The notes under the pieces are model-generated. The model was not told the DNA's origin. It was given only the letters and a program-made list of their open reading frames with translations, and ran no database searches. From assembly GCF_009914755.1 (NCBI RefSeq), contig NC_060947.1: a DNA stretch of 64,000 nt; one strand, written 5' to 3'. The stretch comes from the human T2T-CHM13v2.0 reference genome, Homo sapiens. Numbering within the stretch: position 1 is the stretch's first letter; each line of letters opens with the position of its first letter. A program made the position numbers and the translations under genes. Positions 1 to 13,586 of this stretch are shown here, piece by piece.

Positions 1-102
1 ATGGGTGCTAGTAAGCAGAATGAAGTAATTTAATGAGAAAAATTAAAATTCAGACTAACTCTACATAAAATAATGAACCACAATAAATGGAAGTTTTGAT
101 TA

Positions 103-565
<463 letters not shown>

Positions 566-878
566 TTACAAAGGAAAGCAGCATCTGCAAAGTTGTGCTT
601 CATTAGGATTTTAATATGACATCTGAATTACCAAAATTTTTCTAACAGTGGCCACAGTTTTGTCCTCACTGTGTCTCACGAATACCCAACACAATGATGC
701 CCCTGTGATTTCCTCATGACTTCATTCCATCTTAGGCTACCACTACTCTCTTCTTTGCTTCTCTGAATCTTACCCATTCTTCAAGATTCTATTAAAGTTC
801 CATCTCCTCCAGGAAGTCTTCTCTGACCACCTCAGCCCTCACTAATCTTGCCTTCCTCTCAGTAATTAAAGCACTTCT

Positions 879-1227
<349 letters not shown>

Positions 1228-2479
1228 TCACTTTGCACAGCACATACTGCCTTGTATTCTTCTTTGGTGTTGGTATATGTTTGTCCCGATTACCTTTCAG
1301 TGCTCCAACCACATAATGTACTTTTTTAAAAGTAGAAGCCATATTAAATCCTTTTTGATCCCATCTTCCTTAATGATAGCTTGTTTATAGTAAGTGATTA
1401 GTAAATTTTTTTTGGTTAACTGTTATCATCACTTTCTTTAAATAGTCTTAGAGAACTTAGTTATATTTAAGCATGCATCCCCATAAAATAAGGAATTGTA
1501 TATTTTTAGTTTTCAGATTCCTGTTAATTATGGTTTTTGGATTCTAAGATAATATGATTTAGTAAACAATATTCATGAGATTCAGCAGGAAATTCTGTAG
1601 GAACATAGAATTACTTTTCTAGTGCCTAGGTACTGTCTAAAATGCCCCTCAGCTTATTATGAATTTGTTCTGCTTCTGTCTTCTGAGTAATAAAAAAGGA
1701 AATGTTATAATTAACTATAAGAAAATATATATTATTCTAAAGGAAGCAATTTCTAAAGTGTATTTATATCCATCTCTGGACATATTTTGAGCCCAATTTG
1801 AATAGAAGATTATTACAGTCATCCAGCAAGACCCTTTATTCTAAGTAGTAACGGGTATTCTTAACAAATTTTCATTTTAAACCGACAGGAACTATTTCTT
1901 TTTCCCTGTAATTTCCTGACTTTGGGGTAAATATTCTATTTCTTTTAATCCTGGCAATGGTGTGGACATGCTTATAGGATTTACAGTTGAGAGTTGGAAA
2001 TTCATCAGACGTGTCTAGGGTTTTTGAATAGAAAATAAATACCCTCATAGTCTAATGTGAAGTAGCTTAGGCATTCAGAAAGGTAGCTTTGCATTTAGAC
2101 ATGGTATATTGGGCAGTGAACAAGATCATTCCTTTGTGCTTATTAGACAAGGTGCTGGTAATTAGATTGATTAAATTGGAAGTCCCAGTAGGAAAGCAAT
2201 TTTATATCTTTTATTGAGCACCACATGTCTTAGACCCTACATTTATTGCCCAGCATTCTTCCTTTCATTATTCCCCTCAGAAATTTTATGGCTGGATAAA
2301 ATAATGGTATATTTATGCTGGTTAAAAATATAGACTCTACTACTTTGTAACCTCCAATGTAAATGATTGAGGCAAAGATCACCAATGGTTTCTAGAAACA
2401 ATAGATAAAAGGCCCTTGGGGAAAATGTTTTATAATGTCAAAGCTTTACCCCAAATAACTTAAAATTTTACACAACAGT

Positions 2480-2960
2480 TTTAAGTATTAATAACTTAAA
2501 AAGTGCAAAGAGAAAAATGTACCTTTGAAAAGGAGGAATCTGATGGTCACTATCTTAATGAAAAATCAAACTTTGCCTCAATAGTGAAATAACCCAAAAT
2601 TGTGTACACTGATACTTTGATGTGGGAAAAATGAATTACACAAAATCATCTCTGAAATATTCTAGCCCAAAAATGTTCAATCTGAGTCTAATAAAGCTTC
2701 TATATCTTAATGTTACTGTAAATCCAGGAAATGGAGGTACAAATTTAATAATACCACAAGGAAGTAATCAGACAAATTTATAATGTGAGTTATTCTATAG
2801 AATAGTAGGGCTGTACTCTTCAAAAAAGCCAATATCATAAAAAATGGCAGAACTAGATTAAAAGAGACAAAGAGACTAAAAATCAAATGCAATGTTTGAA
2901 TCCTTATTGGGTCCAAGCTATTCAAAATAATAGCTATAAAATGTATTTTAGGACAGACTG
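2480..2960 (+). mobile_element. Ancient L1 (L1ME/L1MC-like) 3' region fragment
   Basis: Degenerate motifs such as ctcttcaaaaaagccaatatcat and agattaaaagagac...aaatgcaatg typical of old L1M 3' ends. Confidence 0.55.
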
Positions 2961-3261
2961 ATAACTGAGCTGGTTTAACCATCTCTTAATGAATCCTGAG
3001 ACAATTTTCTGGTCTAAATTTCTATTGGCCTTCTTTGAAATGTGAAATGCACAGTATGTAGTTTTGAGTCATAGTTGCCAATATATGAACAATGAGAAAA
3101 ATCCTAGTCAATATTTGACTTCGGTACTTATTTTCTTAGAGAAAAGAATTCTGTTTTTGTAGGCTATCCAGAGAGATCAAAAGAAGAGCAACAAAATGGG
3201 AGAGCTTTTTATTGTATCTTATTTTAGCTTTCATGTGTCATGTCTTCTATTTATTACTATT

Positions 3262-3850
3262 AACAACAAGTATTTATTGTGATCTACTATATGCTGAGCA
3301 GTGTTTTGCTGTTGGGGTATATCAGTGAAGAAAACAGGCAAAATACTGGAAGCTTAAATTTTAGGGTAGAAGAAAAAAAGTTTTTAATATGGTACATGGT
3401 GTTGAGTAATATGAAGAAGAATAAAGCAGAGAAGTGGAGTAGGGAGTGCCAGAGGATATGGTTTGCATTTTATAAAGAATGCTCAGGTAGGCCTTTGTGA
3501 AGAAAGTGACACTTGAGCAAAGATCTGCACTTATCTAGGGTAGTAGTGTTTTAGGCTGAGGTAACAGCTTTTAGCAAGGAGACAGTGTGACCAGAGCAGG
3601 ACAAGAAAGACAAAAAGCATAGTTAGGAAATGAATTGAGAAATAGCAGGCAATTTGTACATGTAGGGTTTTATAGGTTCTTTTAAGGATTTTGATTTTTC
3701 CTCTAACTGAGATGGGGAGTGCTAGAGATTATTGAGCTAAGAAGTGACATGGAATAACCTAAGTTTTCATGACTAAAAATTGCCAAGATTGAAAGTAGTG
3801 ATGCCTGTTAGTAGGCTATTGTGATAATCCATGTGAGAAACAGTGGTGGC
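3262..3850 (-). mobile_element. L2 LINE fragment
   Basis: aacaagtatttattg (reverse of L2 3' end) followed by typical degenerate L2 sequence. Confidence 0.7.
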
Positions 3851-4779
3851 TTGCTTTCAATAGGGCAGACTGGCATCTCATTTCCAGATGGGGTATGTGT
3901 CTTGCTGATATGTGCCTTGCTGAGCAGGGGAAGGGAACATGTAGACAGGCAAATGGGTGAGAGAACAGGCTTTAGTGAAACAGCTTATGCTCTCATGGGT
4001 TGGTGTAGTAAGGATGCATGAGTTTTCCATGGGTGAGTTGGTCACTGGAGAAGGTAGTTAAACCTGAACTGTCTTGCTGATACACCAATCCAACAGAATT
4101 ACCCATTAACAGGTAGGTAAAGCATACTGTGAGCAGGTGGGAGTGATGGAAAATATTGAACAGGAGGCAGATTTCTTCTATTATAAAACTGCACACTATA
4201 GAGGCCTTTGTAGCAGTTTCCCCCCAAATTAAGAATCCCATTTGATGCCTGACGCTGAGAAGGTATCCATGGCTAGTCAGCATTAGCCAGAAAAACAATG
4301 GCAGTGAGCAAAGAGGGGATTATGACTGTGGGCAGTTGGGAAAAGATGTTTGTTCTTCTGCCACTATTTTCTTCCCAGTCCCTCAACATTAGCAAGTTAG
4401 GCATTGAATAGAGAAAGGGAGGAGGAATTCCAAAACAAGATTATCAATTCCCTCACCCCTTAGTTCTGGAAGGGAAGGGGAAGTGCAAATGAAGCCCACT
4501 CCATATTCTCACTTCTCACAGTGGTTCCTGGGCCCATAAGCCTGTCCAGTCTGAAAGGTGGAGGTTAGTGGCTAGTGCAGGAAAAGGGATAACATTTACA
4601 TTGAATATGGTATTGGAATTTTAACTAGGTTAAACTATAACACCTGAAGGTGACTGCATATTTTTTTGAAGTAAGTCTGGGAGGCAGTAAGGCACCACAA
4701 TGGGAATTTCCATGGAGTTAGGAGAGCAGTGATTAGAGGAAACTAATGCTACTCAGTTCAAAATGCTTAGTAAATTAAT

Positions 4780-4960
4780 TATACATAGAGGACTTACAAT
4801 GTGTAATTGACTTTATGTTGTCATATTTAATCTTTATTATCAACTTGGTTTTACAGACACACACAAAAATACTCCGAGACTTAGAGAGTACCGTGGTGTT
4901 CCATCTCGCATAGGTAACAAGTGGCAGAGGTGAGATTGAAACCCAGGCAGTATTATTTAG
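4780..4960 (-). mobile_element. MIR fragment
   Basis: ttttacaga...aagtggcagag..gattgaaacccaggcag MIR core-like. Confidence 0.55.
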
Positions 4961-6049
4961 AACCATTATACTTAGTAGAGCAGTGGAATAGGAATTAAGC
5001 ATTCCACTGCTGATAAGACATTTAATACTTATGTTTTTGTTTATTAGTTTTCATATATTTTGTATATGGAGAGTAAAATTTGCCTTATTACACTGGATGC
5101 ATGTGGAAATAGAATGAGATGACAAATGGAAAATAATTTGGTAAGTAAAGCATTATTATATTATCATCTGTGTATGTATAGTATCCCATTATGAAGCAAA
5201 ATGGGGAGACCAGATGTTTCAGAAAATGGGGAGGTTTAATATCTTCTTTTAACCTTTTCCTAAACCTCCACTCCCATCCTTGAAAGTTTATCTAATAAAT
5301 TTTTTTCTTTCCTTGTGAGTTTACATCAACCAGCTGAAAATAGTAAATGACATAGAATGTGAATGCTGTGATGCATTATGAACCTAACAACAGCCCTATT
5401 CCCTTTGGGATTTTCTAAAGAGTGGCTATCTTTGAGCTCTCATTTTTTAATATGTCCCCCAAGTTTCTATTTCCCTTTGTATGCAGCTAATAGGGTCATA
5501 ATTTGTCCACACTTATTTACTATTAGTGATCTGTTCTCTTTCAATAAGGGGTTTCTTGGGATTTGCAAGTGATTCATTCATTGGGCCAACTCATCAACTA
5601 AGGATGGAGAAGATAGAGATTTCTTGTATGTGCTCACTTTTTTCTTTCTTAATTTTAGTCTGAGGGAATACTCTTCAGTGTGTCCCAGGTCTTCTAGTTT
5701 AACAGTAGAAGGAACTCTGTGATAAAGGCAATCCGATACTATAGTGGAGCTGTTGGAATTTCACCTAATTGAGACAATTTTTCGCAAGGAACACTCAATT
5801 AGTTTTGCCTACTGAGGGCTCAGATGGACACTCTAGCCCTTATTAGCACTGATCCTCTTCCTTATAATATGGGTCACTAATCACCAGGTGGCTATCTCAG
5901 AGCAAACCCATCCCTCCTTGTAAAATAACTCACAGGACGTGTTCCAACATTGGCAGGCCAGGGTGTCATTGTTGTCTATAAAAGGACAATACATTCTGAG
6001 GAATAGTATGGGATGAACAACTCTAATTAATAAGCTGGAATAAATTAAC

Positions 6050-7800
6050 CACATTTATTTTATAACATCAAACCTTGTTTTTATATTGATTTCCTCCCTC
6101 CTTTTAACTAGATTTTTCCTGTGGTGTGATTTAGTTATGCTCTAGTTCTCTACATTTATTTTTTCCTGGTAAGGTTGCTTATAGTTGGTATAAATCCATA
6201 GTTTACTGGTTCTGGAATTCATTCATTCACTATAATCAACATTATTTTTTGCCTTCATCTTGGAGTCATTTTAATTCTTTCTGGATTATATTATCTGAAA
6301 TTTTTTAGTGAATATCCGTTGGTCATGAATCCTTTTGTTTGTCTGAAAATGTCTTTAACTTGCCCATGTTATTAAGATTGTTTTACAATCTTAATTGTAA
6401 TGATATACCTCTAACAGTTATTTTACCTCAACAATTTTTAGATACTTTTGCACTATTTTCTAGCTATCATTGGTAGTGTTGTATAGTCCACCATCCATCT
6501 ACTTTTTATTTTTGTGTGTATGTACATTGTCTTTTATTTCTGGCAGCTTTTAGTGTTTTTTTCATTGACTTTGTTATTCTGCAGTTTCACTGTGATAAGT
6601 CTTGGAGTGGATTTATTTTTTTTATCTTGAAGAAATATTATTCTTGTATCTGAAGATTCATTTATGTAACAATTCTGGAATATTCACAGCTATTGTTTCT
6701 TCAAGTATTGCCTGTCCCTATTCTCTCATTTTTCTGTTTGTAACTACAGTGAATGTATATTAGATGTCCTTATGGTATCTTTCATGTTTCTTAACCTTTT
6801 ATATTTTACATCTTTGTTTCTTCCACATTCTGTGTTGCTTCTTCAGCTATGTTTCATTTGACTAATATTATCTTCAGCTATACCTATTCTGCTTTTTTAC
6901 TATCGATTTATTTTTAGAATTTTATTTATGTATGTTACTTCTAGAAGTTCTTAGTTTTCTGGACATTTTAAAAATCTCTTGTTCTTTGTCAACTTTACTG
7001 ATCCACTTATTCAACACTTATTTACTAATGCTATTGATACCCTATTTAAAACTTAAGCCTACTTATTTTATATTATGTATTCAGAAAGCCCAATTCAGAA
7101 CTCTTTGGAAGTGCAGTTTTATAGTGTTTATGTGTGCGTTTGTGCATGTGTGCTTGTGCTTGCAGACTTTTGATCCTAGTGCCTAGCTTTCTTGTGTTTC
7201 TGTGCTTTCTGGTTGTAAATCCATGATAATGAAACCATATTTATGGGAATTCTGATGTCTATGTTCAAAGTAAATTCCTCAATGACTTTAATTTGTTTTT
7301 ATCAAACACTTAGGTTTGGCATTAACTCAGTACCACTTAAAATAAATGTTCAACTTAGATTTTTTTTTTCATTTGAGAGAGAATACAGATTGAGACTCTA
7401 ACCCCCTGAGAGTACTTTATCTTGTTAGATTCTCAGGGGGAGATTTTTTTTTTCTGGCTCACATCAAGATTGAGACAGGAAGGTATACTTGCTGTTTGCC
7501 TCTTTGGAGTGGGCTATTCTATCGTTTACTCTTTTGCATAAGATGTAACTCTTTGAGGTCCTGGTTTTGTTCCGGGGTCAGTTATTGGACTTCTGCCTTT
7601 GAGCACCCTGGGCTTTGCCATTCATGCCCTCTGCCTTGCATAGCCATCAAAATAGACAGTCTCAAGATAAACAGGAATCAGCATATGTCTTCATAGTAAC
7701 TGAAACTTTAGTCTTCTCTTCTTTAGTAAGTTAGCTCTCTGAAGGTTCTTAGACTTTCTTTTTAGTTCATAGAAATGTGTGTGTTTTAACCAGTACTTTT
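6050..7800 (-). mobile_element. Ancient L1M/HAL1-like ORF1-region relic
   Basis: T-rich strand with tttgtttgtctgaaaatgtcttt and aattctggaatattcacagctatt motifs of old L1 ORF1 antisense. Confidence 0.55.
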
Positions 7801-8350
7801 AGTCATTTTGTAACAAGAAGGTTTTTTAGTATTTGCGGTATTCATTTTATAAATGAACACACAAACAAGTATTGTCAAATCTATAGGTATTTACTCTGTG
7901 AGGAATATGAAATTAATCTAATAACCCATAACCTCTCTCCTCATGAGTTTTTCTAATTTATCTGGGAAGGAGTTACGAGTAACCAGAGAATATTCTGAAG
8001 TCACACAATAGAATACTGAATTTGAATTTAAATACTAAGAGAAATTTCATTGTGGATTGGAGAAACCAAAAATAAATTCTTGGAGTAGTTTTAAAGAATT
8101 TGGGTAGGCAGAAAAGAGAATGCTTCCTTCCATCTTGTAGAGAGAATTTCATATATTAAACATATTGAGTAATTCTCTGGTTCTAATCTACTACATTACT
8201 ATAAGACATAAAGAAAGATAAATGTATTACTGATGTCTGTGCCATAATAAACATTGGGAAATAACATCTGAGTATTTTATCTACAGGCTAGAGAGAGCAT
8301 ATAGTTGCATTAATTATTTTCACTTTTAGACAGTATAGCTAAAACAGTTC

Positions 8351-8430
8351 TGATATGGTTTGGCTCTGTGTCCCCACCAAAACCTCATGTCGAATTGTAA
8401 TCCCCACATGTTGATGGAGGGTCCTGGTAG
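8351..8430 (+). mobile_element. THE1D-like MaLR LTR, 5' 80 bp only, interrupted by LTR12C
   Basis: TGATATGGTTTGGCTCTGTGTCCCCACC...GAATTGTAATCCCCAC canonical THE1/MST LTR start. Confidence 0.85.
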
Positions 8431-9976
8431 TGTGTCTGGAATTGGTGGGTTCTTGGTCTCACTGACTTCAAGAATGAAGCCGCGGACCCTTGCAGTGAGT
8501 GTTACAGCTCTTAAGGTGGCGCGTCTGGAATTTGTTCCTTCTGATGTTTGGATGTGTTTGGAGTTTCTTCCTTCTGGTGGGTTCGTGGTCTCGCTGGCTC
8601 AGGAGTGAAGCTGCAGACCTTCGCGGTGAGTGTTACAGCTCTTAAGGCGGCACGTCTGGAGTTGTTCATTCCTCCCGGTGGGCTCGTGGTCTCGCTGGCT
8701 TCAGGAGTGAAGCTGCAGACCTTCGCGGTGAGTGTTACAGCTCATAAAAGCAGTGTGGACCCAAAGAGTGAGCAGTAGCAAGATTTATTGCAAAGAGTGA
8801 AAGAACAAAGCTTCCACAGTGTGGAAGGGGACCCGAGCGGGTTGCCACTGCTGGCTCGGGCAGCCTGCTTTTATTCTCTTATCTGGCCCCACCCACATCC
8901 TGCTGATTGGTAGAGCCGAGTGGTCTGTTTTGACAGGGTGCTGATTGGTGCGTTTACAGTCCCTGAGCTAGACACAAAGGTTCCCCACGTCCCGAGCAGA
9001 TTAGCTAGATACAGAGTGTCGACACAAAGGTTCTCCAAGGCCCCACCAGAGTAGCTAGATACAGGGTGTTGATTGGTGTGTTCACAAACCTTGAGCTAAA
9101 CACAGGGTGCTGATTGGTGTGTTTACAAACCTTGAGGTGGATACAGAGTGCCGATTGGTGTATTTACAATCCCTGAGCTAGACATAAAGGTTCTCCAAGG
9201 CCCCACCAGAGTAGCTAGATTCAGAGTGTCCATTGGTGCATTCACAAACCCTGAGCTAGACACAGGGTGCTGATTGGTGTGTTTACAATCCCTGGGCTAG
9301 ACATAAAGGTTCTCCATGTCCCCACCAGACTCAGGAGCCCAGCTGGCTTCACCCAGTGGATCCTGCCCCAGGGCTGCAGATGGAGCTGCCTGCCAGTCCC
9401 GTGCCGTGTGCCCGCACTCCTCAGCCCTTGGGTGGTCGATGGGACTGGGCGCTGTGGAGCAGGGGGTGGCGCTCATCGGGGAGGCTCAGGCCACGCAGGA
9501 GCCCATGGAGGGGTTGGGAGGCTCAGGCATGGTGGGCTGCAGGTCCCGAGCCCTGCCCCGCGGGAAGGCAGCTAAGGCCCCGTGAGAAATCGAGTGCAGC
9601 GCCGGTGGGCTGGCACTGCTGGGGGACCCAGTATACCCTCCGCAGCCACTGGCCCGAGTGCTAAGCCCCTCATTGCCCGGGGCCGGCAGGGCTGGCCGGC
9701 TGCTCCGAGTGCAGGGCCCATCAAGCCCACGCCCACCCGAAACTCCAGCTGGCCTGCAAGCGCTGTGTGCAGCCCCGGTTCCCGCTGGCGCCTCTCCCTC
9801 TACACCTCCCTGCAAGCTGAGGGAGCCGGCTCCGGCCTTGGCTAGCCCAGAAAGGGGCTCCCACAGTGCAGCGGTGGGCTGAAGGGCTCAAGTGCCGCCA
9901 AAGTGGGAGCCCAGGCAGAGGAGGCGCCAAGAGCGAGCGAGGGCTGTGAGGACTGCCAGCACGCTGTCACCTCTCA
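8431..9976 (-). mobile_element. LTR12C (3' LTR of HERV9/ERV9), full length ~1.55 kb
   Basis: Reverse strand starts TGAGAGGTGACAGCGTGCTGGC and ends ...TTCCAGACACA; GC-rich U3, CCAAT tandem repeats, duplicated U5 units; adjacent polypurine tract. Confidence 0.95.
8840..9320 (-). promoter_or_regulatory. LTR12C U3 enhancer/promoter: tandem CCAAT (NF-Y)/GATA repeats and AATAAA TATA-substitute box
   Basis: Repeated ctgattgg (CCAATCAG on -) and agata units 8900-9320; gcttttattctc at 8867-8878 (GAGAATAAAAGC on -); LTR poly(A) signal near 8784-8789. Confidence 0.75.
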
Positions 9977-10699
9977 ATCCCCCCTCTCAACAGGACACCC
10001 CAACTGCTGTTGGGAATTTGGCTGATGACCGCTCTAGCTACTTCCTGCTGGATGGGGTGAAGAAGGGGCCCTGCAGTTGTAGTGTCCTTCAGAGGGGAAC
10101 TCTCTAAGCCAGGGGAAGTGCCAGCGGGTCGGTCCAGGGGTCCTCGGTAGAAGTTGTTAGTTGAACTCATTTGGGGTTCCATTTGTAAGACCATCTGTAG
10201 CATGATGGCCTCGATTCTAGAGGAAGCAAATTTGACAAGAAGGTTAAAAATACAGGGCCCAAAGGCGAGTAACAGCAAGATGGCTGCCACGAGACCTAGA
10301 AAGGGGAGAAGTCATGTTGCCCAACTCCAGAGATTGGTATAAGAATTTGAAAGGCGTTGTCTGATTTCAGAAGCCTTTTCCTGTAAACGCTGGGTGGCAT
10401 CTCGTACTATCCCCTACTGGTTAGTGTAAAAACAACACTCTTCCCCTAAGAAGGTGCAGAGTCCTCCCTTCTCAGCAGTGAGGAGGTCTAGGCCTTGGTG
10501 GTTTTGGAGAGTCACTGCTGCCAAAGAGTCTATTTGGGATTGTAAAGTAAGGATAGATTTCGTTATTTCTTGCAAACTGTCTGAGAGGCAGATACGGGCT
10601 GAAGATCCACATAAGTAGAATATGCCTTGGCTGGGTAGATAGACATTTACCCTGGCTTTTAAAGGAGTAGGGTACACTGTTTTTTCTTTACTACTTCCA
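9977..10699 (-). pseudogene. env: HERV9 internal fragment: defective env (TM subunit) plus polypurine tract
   Basis: LQNHQGLDLLTAEKGGLCTFLGEECCFYTNQ = gammaretroviral immunosuppressive domain + CX6CC; TM anchor LLLLAFGPCIFN; two in-frame stops; PPT ...GAGAGGGGGGAT abutting the LTR. Confidence 0.92.
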
Positions 10700-10759
10700 A
10701 GGAGACCAAAAGATTAGAAAAAGCTATGGAGCTGAAATCTATAAACTAGTTTCCTGAAT

Positions 10760-11100
10760 TGATTAATTTATTCAAAACATATTTACTGGGTGCTTGCTAT
10801 TTGCTAGGCACTCTTCTAGATGTTGTGGAAGACAAAGTTTGTGTCCACCAAAAAGAAATCAAACACAGAATATAAGCACTTACTTCTAAATGATAAATGC
10901 AAAGAAGAAAAATAAAGCAAGCTATAAGACAGAGTTATGAAGGGTATAGTGGTGGCTATTTTAGTTAGGGTAGTCAAGGACAATTGGTACAGATAACATA
11001 TCTAAGCGTAGACCTGAATGAATGTAGTAAGCAAGCCATCTATATTACTATCTGGGAAAAGAGTATTCCAGGCAGAGAAAACAAGTACAAAAGTCGGCTG
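10760..11100 (-). mobile_element. L2 fragment
   Basis: ttcaaaacatatttactgggtgcttgctat reverse L2 3' end. Confidence 0.65.
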
Positions 11101-11814
11101 TGTTTTAAAGATTATTCAAATCAGTTCACTTAGTTGTTCATGAAGGTATAGCATTATTTCCTCTTCAGTCCATCTATAGCTGTTCTTTCCAGTCAGCTTA
11201 GTTTTAAGACTAATGGATGGAAATATCAGCTAACTCTTTCTAAACAAACTTGCAAGATAATTAGAATTTTAAGGAAATGCAAGGGAAATGACTCTTTTAA
11301 GTTAATTTTAGTATAATGGTGATAGTTTTACTTATGCAGTTTTGAGTCACGCATAATTAACATGATATGATTTCTGTAAAAGTGCTGAGTAATCAAGAGC
11401 TGTTTATTGCTTTATAAACTCTCAAATGATGGAAATTATTTCTTTTAATAAAAAATGAGGATATATAATGGCCTATAAAAAGAGGTTAATATGAGCTAGA
11501 GCACAATTCAAATTTATTCTTCAGAATTGATGGTAATAGTTTTATTTCAAAGAGAAGTGGACAATATGGCATTCCAGTGACAGAAGCACGTTGATATTAT
11601 GGAAGATTTACAGAAAATGTCATCACTGGGATTAGTCAATGTGCTGTGGTGTTAACTTCACACTGGATAGCAGATGGCAGTGAGCTTCCATATAGAGCAC
11701 AGTTTGGAGTTTGAATTTCAGGGTGTTTAGAGGCTATCCTTTTTTTTTTTTAATCTGATTCTGTTCACAAGGATGTCCATGTCCAATATTTATAGCATTT
11801 CATTATTCTCTATC

Positions 11815-13585
11815 AGATTTTTCTTTTTTCAGCTTTTATTTTAGAATCGGGGGTACACATGCAGGTTTGTAACCTGGGTATATTGTGTGATGCTGAGGTT
11901 TGGAGTTCGAATGAATCCATCACCCAGGTAGTGATCATAGTAACTGATAGTAGTTTATCAGCCATTGTCCACCTCCCTTTCTCTCCCCATGATTAATTCC
12001 AAGTGTCTGTTGTTCCCATCTTTGTGTCTATGTGTACCCAGTATTTGGCTTCCACTTATAAGTGATAACACGCAGCATTTAGTTTTCTGTTTCCACATTA
12101 GTTTGATTGTAATAATGGCCAGCAGCCACATCCATGTTGCTGTAAAGGACACAATTTCATTCGTTTTTATGGCTGTGTGGTATTCCATGGTGTATATGTA
12201 CCACATTTTCCTTATCCTGTCCACCATTGATGGGCACCTGGGTTGATTCTATGTCTTTGCTATTGTGAATAGTGCTGCAATGAACATACGGGTACATGTG
12301 TCTTTCTGGTAGAACGATTTATGTCCCCTTGGGTATATACCAGTAATAGGATTTCTGGGTCAAATGGTATTTCAACTACAAATAATAGTTCTTTGAGAAA
12401 TCTCCAAACTGCTTTTCATAGTGGCTGGACTAACTTACGTTGCCAAAAACAGTGTATGAGTGTTTGCTTTTCTGTGCAGCCTCACCAACATCTGTTATTT
12501 TTTGACTTTTTAACAAAAGACATTTGTTAAATGACTGATGTGAGATGATATCTCATTAGGATTTTGATTTGTGTTTCTCTGGGGATTAGTGATGATGATC
12601 ACTTTTTTATATGTTTGTTGGCCGCTTATATGACTTCTTTTGAGAAGTGTCTTTTTATGTCATTTGCCCATTTTTTTAATGGGGTTATTTGTTTTTTGTT
12701 TATTAATTTAAGTTCTTTATAGATTCTGAATATTAGATTTCTTTTGCTATTTGCAAACTTTGCTGGATGCATAGTTTGCAAATATCTTCTCCCATTTTGT
12801 AGGTTGTCTGCTTACTCCCTTTCTAACTAAGCATCTCAGGTTTGAAATTCATTTTAAAACTCTTTTTCTTTAGTCTTAGATGATAGCCTTGAAATATGCT
12901 TTGAAACTTTTTCTCCCTTTTTCATTATACAGTACCTTGCACCATGCACACTCATCTAATTATATGGTTGCTTAGGAATTCCAGGGGCTAATCTTGGGAC
13001 AAACCAGAAACAGAGTCCCTTTGGAGTCCTCCCACTTAAGGGGAATCACATTTAGTCCACCACCATCAGGCCAAAGTCGAAAAAACACCAACAAGACCTC
13101 TGGACAAGTAATTACCCAAGATAACCATCAGAACAAGAGACACAGACCTTGCGCTCTGTTCCACTCCTGCATATCTCTTATACCAAGTTTCTCTTTAAAA
13201 ACCCTGTAATAAAATTTAAAACTTAAGATGATACTTTAGATGGATGGTTCACCATCTTCTGGTTTGCTGGCTCTCCAATTAAAGCTTGCTTCTCCTCCCA
13301 CCAAACGTTGACTCTCATGTTTGGCTTTTGAGTGGCCTTGATAGTTTCTCTTGCTGTGCAGAAACTTTTTAATTAGGTCCCACTTGTCAATTTTTGTTTT
13401 GTTGCAATTACTTTGGGTGACTTAGCTATAAATTATTTGCCAAGGCTGATATTGACAAAGATATTTCATTCCTAGGATTTCTTCTAGGATTTTTATAGTT
13501 TGAGGCCTTACATTTAAATATTTAATCCATCTTGAGTGAATTTCTTTTAATGATGATAGGTAGTGGTCCAGTTTCATTCTTCTGG
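11815..13585 (-). mobile_element. L1PA15/16-like 3' segment (non-inverted part of a twin-primed insertion), interrupted by an LTR
   Basis: Old L1PA 3'UTR (ggggtacacatgcaggtttgt...gatgctgaggtttgg); ORF2 C-terminal KMWYIYTMEY motif in ORF 11958-12227. Confidence 0.88.
12822..13335 (+). mobile_element. Solo ERV1-class LTR (MER4-group, LTR24/29/36-like) inserted in the L1
   Basis: L1 sequence resumes seamlessly across it; 4-bp duplication cctt at 12818-12821 and 13336-13339; LTR-like ttaaaaaccct and attaaa motifs. Confidence 0.65.
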
Positions 13586-13586
13586 A

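Noticed and set aside
3150-3220. Acceptor-like tgtttttgtag followed by purine-rich sequence
   Set aside because: No convincing downstream donor or recognisable protein
3860-4740. Possible ancient LTR (MamGyp/MLT-like)
   Set aside because: Too diverged for me to support a family or boundaries
8900-9320. Repeat-spacer-like array resembling CRISPR
   Set aside because: These are the known LTR12 U3 tandem enhancer repeats; there are no unique spacers or cas genes and the context is eukaryotic
9267-9930. Cluster of overlapping Pro/Gly/Ala-rich ORFs and CpG-island-like composition
   Set aside because: Explained by the GC-rich U3 of LTR12C
11664-11682. CTCF-like TGGATAGCAGATGGCAGTG
   Set aside because: Lacks the conserved CC at the core 5' end; motif alone is insufficient
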